A DNA stretch of 15,672 nt from Promethearchaeota archaeon Loki_b32 (GTDB lineage Archaea > Asgardarchaeota > Lokiarchaeia > Sigyniarchaeales > SOKP01): positions 1 to 15,672 of the forward strand of contig NJBH01000057.1 of NCBI GenBank assembly GCA_005223125.1, written 5' to 3'. Made by a program: the position numbers and the translations under genes. Shown piece by piece: positions 7,879 through 14,832 of the stretch. How positions within the stretch are numbered: the stretch's first letter is position 1; every line of letters begins with the position of its first letter. The notes below the pieces were generated by a model. It was not told where the DNA came from. It worked only from the letters and a program-made list of their open reading frames with translations, and searched no databases.

Positions 7879-9399
7879 TTATTTACTCTTTAATTGATTT
7901 CGTATTGTAATGTTACAATTTTCCAAAAAGACGTCTACTTTATCAACAGGGATTTTAGTTCCCGCTGCTGGGGGATGTCCACCACCTAATACGTCTAATT
8001 GTGAGAGTTCACATGCTTCTCTAATCGCTTGCGAAAGATTTACGCCCTTTGAAACGATTTTTTTATGTGCTCTTCCTGAAACTTTATACACATTCTCATC
8101 TTCTCTTTTTACTAAACCAAATACAGGTTTTGAGATATCAAACCCCTCAATTCTTTCGAACACTAACATTGAAGCAATTGTTCCAACAATATTCTCTGGA
8201 ATAACATCCTCTCCAAAAAAATATTGAATAAATTCCATTTGTTGAATTTTTTGATTATCTTGGATCCAGTTTAGACTCTTTCCTAGCGATTTTTTATAAT
8301 TTTTGAGCACTTCTTGAGATTTCTGATAAGCAATTTTTCTATCGCCCATTGCTATTGCGATTCCTAATGAAGCACTATTTGTCCGTCCACAAGCATTTAA
8401 GAGATTAGAAAATTCGGCCATATCATGTAATTCTGAGCCAGTTAATTCATTCTTTAGTAAATATCTGTTTATAATTAAGTTCTCTACAATTTTTCTTGGT
8501 TCAACACCAAGTTTTATTGATGCATATTCAATAATTGCAGAAGTTATTTTCTGTTTTTCATCATTATTAAGTTCACTTAGTGTTCGGATATTACCATTTG
8601 AGTTTTCCATCAATATTCCCAAAGTTTGTAAAAAAATAAGAGATCTATTGATATCCCCTGTTAATCCTGGCAGATTAATTTCTTTTGAATATGCAATTGC
8701 CTCATTTAACGGTTTTATTGATGAAAAATTTAAATCATTCTTGATTTTCACAAGTCCAATGTTTTGTGCATCTTCTAAAATAAGTGAATTAAGTCCAAAG
8801 AAAGTTTTATTTGGGCCTTGGTTCTGAATATCACCAATCGCGCCAATGATTGCAATTGGCGATAAATCAATATTTTTTTTGTTTAAAGATTTAGCAAAAA
8901 AATAACTTAAACCTGCTCCAGATATTTCTAAACTTCCATTAAATCTGAAAAAATATGGATTGACATGCCATTGAAAAGTTTTTTTATGGATATCTTTAAT
9001 TAAATCAATATCTTCCTTGGAAGACACATTCTGGGGAAGGTGATGATCTAATACAATAAAAAAATTAAAATTCTCTTTCAATATCAATTCATTTTGAAGT
9101 TCAAAATACTGGCCGCTCCCAAAATCAGAAAAGATTATAAAATTATTAAATTCTTTCACTTTTTTAGATATTTTTAAGATCTCTTCTTTTTCCAATTGAC
9201 GTAAAACAGTAATCTGAAACGGTATCTTTTCTCTAAATAAAGCTTTACCAAGAATAGCCCCTGAACCTAATCCATCAGCGTCTAAATGTGTATATATATG
9301 AACCGATGAATTCATTTCTTTTATACTGTTGATAAAACTATTTGTGACGATTTCTACGGCTTCGAGAAACTTTTCTATTTTATCTTTAAAATCATTCAT
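7879..9399 (-). CDS. DHH-family phosphoesterase, archaeal RecJ/Cdc45 (GAN)-like
   Basis: HLDADG, DFG, LDHH, GAIGD, EFSNLLNACGR and the DHHA1 motifs KVSGR and GGGHPPAAG. Confidence 0.9.
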   Translation of the reverse strand: MNDFKDKIEKFLEAVEIVTNSFINSIKEMNSSVHIYTHLDADGLGSGAILGKALFREKIPFQITVLRQLEKEEILKISKKVKEFNNFIIFSDFGSGQYFELQNELILKENFNFFIVLDHHLPQNVSSKEDIDLIKDIHKKTFQWHVNPYFFRFNGSLEISGAGLSYFFAKSLNKKNIDLSPIAIIGAIGDIQNQGPNKTFFGLNSLILEDAQNIGLVKIKNDLNFSSIKPLNEAIAYSKEINLPGLTGDINRSLIFLQTLGILMENSNGNIRTLSELNNDEKQKITSAIIEYASIKLGVEPRKIVENLIINRYLLKNELTGSELHDMAEFSNLLNACGRTNSASLGIAIAMGDRKIAYQKSQEVLKNYKKSLGKSLNWIQDNQKIQQMEFIQYFFGEDVIPENIVGTIASMLVFERIEGFDISKPVFGLVKREDENVYKVSGRAHKKIVSKGVNLSQAIREACELSQLDVLGGGHPPAAGTKIPVDKVDVFLENCNITIRNQLKSK

Positions 9400-9511
9400 T
9401 ATGTCTAGAAGTAGGTGATCATAAATCCAAAATTAATATTATAATATATTACATTATCAAAATAATAATATATACTCAATCAAAAAAAGTAATTTAATAA
9501 GGTGAAAATAA

Positions 9512-10507
9512 GTGCATCATGTAAAAATGAATGAACTAGCCAAACAAATCGTTGATAATATCATTCAGAATAAGGAAATCTATAACGCAGAAATATTCAA
9601 CTTAGATAATGGCTCAACTCTTCTAGATATGACTAAGGCCTCTTGGATTGGTGGAAAATTAGTAGGAGAAATATGTATGGGAGGTTTAGGAACAGTTGAA
9701 TTTTCTTTTTATAATTTAGATGGCCATTATATACCAAGTGTCAATGTATATACTTCAGAACCGATAATCTCGTGTATGGCTTCTCAGTTGGCTGGATGGA
9801 ATGTTAAACTGAAAAAAGAAGTGGAAAAAGAGGGGCAAATGAAAAAGAAAGTTATATTCCAATCATTAGGTTCAGGACCTGCTCGTGCTAAAAGTAAAGT
9901 AGAAAAAATATTTGAAGAATTAGACTATACAGATGATTCAAATTGTGCTGTTATAGTTTTTGAAACCCCCAAATTACCAAATGAAGAAGTTATGGATATT
10001 GTGGCCAATAAGTGTAGAGTTGATCCAAATAATACCTATGCAGTATGTGCACCAACTGCATGTTTAACGGGTTCCATTCAGGTAGCTGCTAGGATTGTAG
10101 AAACTGGAATACATAAATTACATGAAATTAAATTTCCAATTGATATAATAAATGATGGTTTTGGAACAACTACAATTGCTCCTATTGCTAAAGATGATCT
10201 AGGTGCAATGGGGCGTACAAATGATTCTATAAGTGCTGCGGGGTTAACATATTACACAATAAATGTTGAAAAGGATAAAGAAGAAGAATTATTTGAACTT
10301 CTAAAAAAAGCACCAGCAAATACATCTCATAGTTACGGTAAACCGTTTCTCGAGACATTTAAAGCTGCAAACTATAACTTTTATGATATAGATAAAGGAT
10401 TATTCGCTCCAGCCAAATATACTATAACAAATATTAAAACTGGTAATAGTCTTACTGTTGGAAAAGTAAATCATGAATTATTAAAACAATCTTACGGTTT
10501 AGATTGA
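9512..10507 (+). CDS. mch: Methenyltetrahydromethanopterin cyclohydrolase
   Basis: EICMGGLG, CMASQLAGW, GSGPARA, APT...GSIQVAARIVETGIHK, AMGRTND, YGKPF, IDKGLFAPA. GTG start with AGGTGA at 9500-9505; alternative ATG at 9527. Confidence 0.95.
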   Translation: MHHVKMNELAKQIVDNIIQNKEIYNAEIFNLDNGSTLLDMTKASWIGGKLVGEICMGGLGTVEFSFYNLDGHYIPSVNVYTSEPIISCMASQLAGWNVKLKKEVEKEGQMKKKVIFQSLGSGPARAKSKVEKIFEELDYTDDSNCAVIVFETPKLPNEEVMDIVANKCRVDPNNTYAVCAPTACLTGSIQVAARIVETGIHKLHEIKFPIDIINDGFGTTTIAPIAKDDLGAMGRTNDSISAAGLTYYTINVEKDKEEELFELLKKAPANTSHSYGKPFLETFKAANYNFYDIDKGLFAPAKYTITNIKTGNSLTVGKVNHELLKQSYGLD

Positions 10508-10566
10508 AAAAGAGATTGACTTAATTCAATTTTTAAGTTTTTTTAATTTTTAAAGAACAAGTGATT

Positions 10567-11508
10567 TTACAAGTTATTTATTTCTGCTTCATATTTCAAT
10601 ATTTCATTAACAGAAATATCTCTATCAAATTTGATTTTTTTTTGAATTCCTAAATAAGCACACGCTAATTTAGCTGCAGCTGCAACTTCTGCTTTTTTAA
10701 GAGTTATCGAGTATTCATCTTGTTGGACCTGGTCATCTTCATATAGATTCTCTTGAAATTTCCTCTCATGAAATCTAATAGATCGTTCACTTTTCATTTT
10801 ATATAACAAAGAAGCCATTTTATTTGCTACTTTAAAAGGTAATTGATTCTTAACTATTAATCGAATTATATTATTAACATCAAAATAATTTAATGTATCA
10901 AACTTAGCACGAAGAAAACTTTTTAGATTTTCAGAATTATTTTCACATTCAATTTCAGTCCAATCATGGATTGCGAGTTTTCTTCTAAAAAATATTACTT
11001 CCCAATCAATATTTAATTCTTTTAATAGTTCAAATAGTAAATTATCGTTAGGTTTTCGTGATTCTATAATTATATAAAGCTGTAGACCATAGTATTTATG
11101 TTCTTGTTGAAGAAAAAAACCTCGTTGTTGCATAGAAGCAAGGATCATCACACTAATAGAGTAAATATTTTCCGATAAATTCTTCTTCCCACAATTTAAA
11201 TAAATAACATTACCTTCTTCACTTATATATTCACAATCTAAAAATCCTAAAATACTCTCTTTATTACCCTTAATAAAATCCAGTAAACCAGTAAGAGTAG
11301 GTTTAACGTCAAATTTAACCAAATCATTTTCTCCAATTGTAACATAATCATTGTAATTACTGCCAATAGCCAATTTAATAGAATTTAATTTTAATTCTTT
11401 ATCAGAACCAAATACTTTCTGAAAAGCTTCATTAATTGGTAAAATTTCTTCGTCCAAAATCTTTAAATCTGCAATGGAACTTTCATATGGTTCGGGGTCA
11501 CTTAGCAT
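10567..11508 (-). CDS. Hypothetical protein with possible C-terminal TFB/cyclin-like helical repeat; start uncertain (frame open to 11706)
   Basis: 313-aa ORF with protein-like composition. The frame continues 66 sense codons upstream of the first ATG. The C-terminus (IIRLIVKNQLPFKVANKM...VAAAAKLACAYLG) resembles a TFIIB repeat by eye. Confidence 0.7.
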   Translation of the reverse strand: MLSDPEPYESSIADLKILDEEILPINEAFQKVFGSDKELKLNSIKLAIGSNYNDYVTIGENDLVKFDVKPTLTGLLDFIKGNKESILGFLDCEYISEEGNVIYLNCGKKNLSENIYSISVMILASMQQRGFFLQQEHKYYGLQLYIIIESRKPNDNLLFELLKELNIDWEVIFFRRKLAIHDWTEIECENNSENLKSFLRAKFDTLNYFDVNNIIRLIVKNQLPFKVANKMASLLYKMKSERSIRFHERKFQENLYEDDQVQQDEYSITLKKAEVAAAAKLACAYLGIQKKIKFDRDISVNEILKYEAEINNL

Positions 11509-11894
11509 CTTATTTAATATTGGAGCTTCTGAAGCATCTACCTCAATTTCATATGATTTTGTTAAATCCTTACGGATGATACAAAAAGATTTCTTCTTTT
11601 TATTATAGATCGAAAGTGAAGTATTATCATCTATGACAGCACGAAATTTTTCAATAAATTTACCTTCTGTATTACTTGATCCTATCCTTCTTCTTCGAAT
11701 GTTTAATCAACTAAATATAGATAAAAGTATCTTATTTCTATTAATTAATTTATAAAATTTTTATCTTAAATTCTTAACTAAAAAATATTATAAGAAATTT
11801 CTTTATTAAATTAAAAATAAAAGGGCTTATAATGTTAGTAATTTTTGAAAAGGAATATGTAAATTAAAATTTGGCAACAAAGGTATTTTAATCT

Positions 11895-12074
11895 TTAATC
11901 TAATTCTCCTTCTAAAAAAAAATTATCTCCTTTCTTCACGTATATCATTGTAGAACCGAAGTTATTTCGTACTGTGTATTTATCCCCTTGGACGTCTAAT
12001 ATCTCAATAGAATAAGACAATCTTCTTTGGTCCATGATTTCTTCAATAATTTTTTTTTCTTCCTGTGAATCCAT
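11895..12074 (-). CDS. Small hypothetical protein, 59 aa (not in the ORF track)
   Basis: Manual translation gives MDSQEEKKIIEEIMDQRRLSYSIEILDVQGDKYTVRNNFGSTMIYVKKGDNFFLEGELD*. ATG at 12074, TAA at 11897-11895, with a purine-rich GTAGTGGT upstream. It looks more GC-rich than the flanking spacers. Confidence 0.7.
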   Translation of the reverse strand: MDSQEEKKIIEEIMDQRRLSYSIEILDVQGDKYTVRNNFGSTMIYVKKGDNFFLEGELD

Positions 12075-12560
12075 GATTCTTAATCATTTACCACTACAAA
12101 AAAAAGTTATTATTTTGATAATTGAATTGAATGCATGAATAGATTTAGATAATTTTAATTGTAGGATGTATCTTAAAATAGATTAAAGTTATTTATTGAT
12201 AATTAGCTTAATAAGAAACAAAAAATAAAATACTGATGATGGATTTTCACTTAACTAAATCAATTTATTATAAGAATTAAAGAAGAATGAAGTCAAGGAT
12301 CCAGATCGAATAAATTTAGCATGGTAAAGATATTACTATAACCATCTCAGTTTAAATTTTATCCGATTTCCAAAAGAACAAAAGAATTAAAAATGTTAGA
12401 AAACCTATAGGGAAAAGAACTTTCTATCAAAGTTTTAGCATTTATTATAGGTTAAACTTCATGAGATAAGATATTATCAAGTTTATCATTAAGAATTTTA
12501 ATCTTATTGTTTCTATTCTTTATTAAAAAATCGAATTTTTTTTATTAAATATTACATATT

Positions 12561-12612
12561 TTTATATAAACATGTGTTTAATTAAAATAACTATTAAAAA
12601 ACATGTTTTTTA
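12561..12612. promoter_or_regulatory. TATA box plus palindromic candidate operator upstream of the glycosyltransferase
   Basis: TTTATATA at 12561-12568; AAACATGT at 12568 and 12599; perfect 18-bp palindrome TAAAAAACATGTTTTTTA at 12595-12612. Confidence 0.45.
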
Positions 12613-12660
12613 CACGATTAGATTTTTTTAAGAACTTAGACCTTTTACCCTGGACGCATA

Positions 12661-13911
12661 ATGGTTAAACAGAAACTAGATATCGGATTTTTCACATCAA
12701 TGTATTCACAAGTGAATGGTACAGCAATTGCTTGTAGAAACCTTGCTGAAGCTGTAGCAAAATATACTGGACATAATGTTCATGTTTTCGCACCAGGGAT
12801 TGATAAACCTAAAAATATACCTAAAAACTTACACCTCCATAACTTTTTTGGTGCTAAAATTGCCCCTAAAACCGGTTTTGTTTTAAGTTTTCCAATCCAC
12901 AAATACTTTTTTTGTAATCATGATTATTTAGATATATCCCATATTCATACACATGCTAGTTTTGGTTCAATGGCAATCAATTGGGCAAAATATTTAGGTA
13001 TTCCGATGACAGGAACACATAATTCACCATTATCCTTTTATACTGCACAATATATACCTGTGCTTGGTAAATTATTAGCTAGAATGGATTGGGTTTGGCG
13101 TTATGAAAGACATGTATTAGATAAGTATGATTTAGTATCTGTCCCAACCAAATCAAAAAAGACCTTACTTAGGGATCAAAGATTTAAAGAACCAATTGTA
13201 TGTTTAACAAACGGGATCTCGGATTTATATTTTACAGACGTAAAAGAAAATGGAATACGAGATAAATACAATTTGGATGGTAAGAAGATACTTTTATATG
13301 CTTCTAGGTTATCTCCCGAAAAACACCAACTAAATGTAATTAAATCATTCAAAAAGATACAAAAAGAAGTACCAGATTCGCATTTAGTTCTAGTTGGGAG
13401 CGATGGCCCGTCAACCTCCCATGTTTTAAAGTTACTTAAAAAGAAACATTATAAAGATAATATCTCTTATTTAGGTCGTGTACCTTTTTCGGATTTATTA
13501 AAATTATATAATACAGCAGATCTAGCCTGCCTTTGGTCTTGGATTGAGGCGGAAGGGTTAGTTTTGATTGAAGCAATGGCACAAGGAACACCATGTGTAG
13601 GAGCAAACGCGGTTGGAATTTCGAATGTTATTAGACATGGCAAAACGGGATATCTTGCTAGTAACTTTGATGATTTCAGGAAAAAAGTAGTTAAATTACT
13701 TAAAGATGACGATTTACGGGCAGAAATGGGAATTAATTCTAAAATGGTGGCCCAAAACTATAGAATTAGTAAAGTAGCTAAAACATGGGTAAAACTTTAT
13801 AAGTTTATAATCAATGAACTTTATCCCATGAGATATTATAAGAAGGAAAGGAAACAAAGAGTCGAATTGGTTAAAAATTTTATACAGAAATTACCAATTG
13901 TTAATTTTTAA
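12661..13911 (+). CDS. GT4-family (GT-B) glycosyltransferase, resembling diacylglycerol glucosyltransferase-like members
   Basis: N-terminal FFTSMYSQVNG, HIHT, GTHN, NGI, SRLSPEK and the E-x7-E donor motif EAEGLVLIEAMAQGTP, followed by HGKTGYL. Confidence 0.9.
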   Translation: MVKQKLDIGFFTSMYSQVNGTAIACRNLAEAVAKYTGHNVHVFAPGIDKPKNIPKNLHLHNFFGAKIAPKTGFVLSFPIHKYFFCNHDYLDISHIHTHASFGSMAINWAKYLGIPMTGTHNSPLSFYTAQYIPVLGKLLARMDWVWRYERHVLDKYDLVSVPTKSKKTLLRDQRFKEPIVCLTNGISDLYFTDVKENGIRDKYNLDGKKILLYASRLSPEKHQLNVIKSFKKIQKEVPDSHLVLVGSDGPSTSHVLKLLKKKHYKDNISYLGRVPFSDLLKLYNTADLACLWSWIEAEGLVLIEAMAQGTPCVGANAVGISNVIRHGKTGYLASNFDDFRKKVVKLLKDDDLRAEMGINSKMVAQNYRISKVAKTWVKLYKFIINELYPMRYYKKERKQRVELVKNFIQKLPIVNF

Positions 13912-13930
13912 TATTCTATCTTGAGAATTT

Positions 13931-14704
13931 TTAGAAGTTAAATTGTTCTCTAATTTTTTCAACTTTAATTTTACAGGGTTCACATAATTCATTTGATTTC
14001 TCATCAATCTCTTTAATATCTTTAGAAAATCTCATAACACAAGAGTTGTTAAGACAATGATCTGGACCTAAAATTATATGACCCACCTCATGAAGTATTT
14101 CTTTAAGAATTCGCATTCCTAAAAGAGTGTGATTTTCTGGTCTATTATAGAACTGTTCTTTTAACTTTAATGATGATACTATACAGCATCTATGTTTTAA
14201 GTGAGCCTCTCCAAATAAAAATAAGATGTTATCATTGTAACTTGAAAATATAGGAAGATCAGTAATTGCAAGTATCATTCCAAGATTTTCCTCATTTCTT
14301 TTATCAATTAAAATTTGGTAAAATTTATTAGTTGGATGTATTTTAATTTTATTAGAAGATTTCTTCATTTCTTTATATTCTTTTTTCACACCCTTGTAGA
14401 AAAGCTCAATAGAGAAACTATAACCTCCTAAATCTCTAATATTAAAAAAAAAAGAATCATAAATCTGATTTAAGTAAAGTTTAATTTCTTCAAAAAAGGG
14501 TATTTCAAAATCTCCAAAAAACAGAATTCCTAAATGACACGGTAATATGAGTTTTTTTGGGGTCTCATCAATTAATTCAAATTCTATAGGGTAAGAAATT
14601 CCGATTCGATAAATCAATTTTTTTAATTTTACTTTATATCTCTTAATCTTTTGCATATATTTTTGGAGTTTTGGCATTGCTAGAATATTTAAAGTTACGT
14701 CCAA
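13931..14704 (-). CDS. amzA: Archaemetzincin-family zinc metalloprotease (peptidase M54)
   Basis: ITDLPIF, FLFGEA, RILKEILHEVGHIILGPDHC-x4-CVM-FS...D-K...LCEPC (zinc motif, Met-turn and Cys4 site). The start is uncertain (TTG at 14704 or a downstream ATG). Confidence 0.88.
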   Translation of the reverse strand: MDVTLNILAMPKLQKYMQKIKRYKVKLKKLIYRIGISYPIEFELIDETPKKLILPCHLGILFFGDFEIPFFEEIKLYLNQIYDSFFFNIRDLGGYSFSIELFYKGVKKEYKEMKKSSNKIKIHPTNKFYQILIDKRNEENLGMILAITDLPIFSSYNDNILFLFGEAHLKHRCCIVSSLKLKEQFYNRPENHTLLGMRILKEILHEVGHIILGPDHCLNNSCVMRFSKDIKEIDEKSNELCEPCKIKVEKIREQFNF

Positions 14705-14832
14705 TAAGAAGTTTCTTTCTTACAGCAAAAAAAGGAAAGAAAGGATTTTATTTTATTATTAATAGGTATTTAAGTCATTAATAATATTATAAATTAAAAA
14801 CTGATATTTTAATAATATATTTGCTCAAAATT

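Noticed and set aside
7910-8227. 105-aa plus-strand ORF
   Set aside because: Antisense shadow of the DHH gene.
704-10507. Interpreting ftr/mtd/mch as evidence of methanogenesis
   Set aside because: These enzymes also occur in non-methanogens, and no mcr or mtr gene is in the window.
11707-11763. Selenocysteine read-through of the TGA bounding the extended orphan ORF
   Set aside because: No ATG/GTG/TTG occurs in frame before the next stop (11763-11761), there is no redox motif context, and I see no SECIS-like hairpin.
14444-14453. A10 tract in the archaemetzincin gene as a phase-variation site
   Set aside because: The frame is intact, and long A/T runs are common throughout this AT-rich window.
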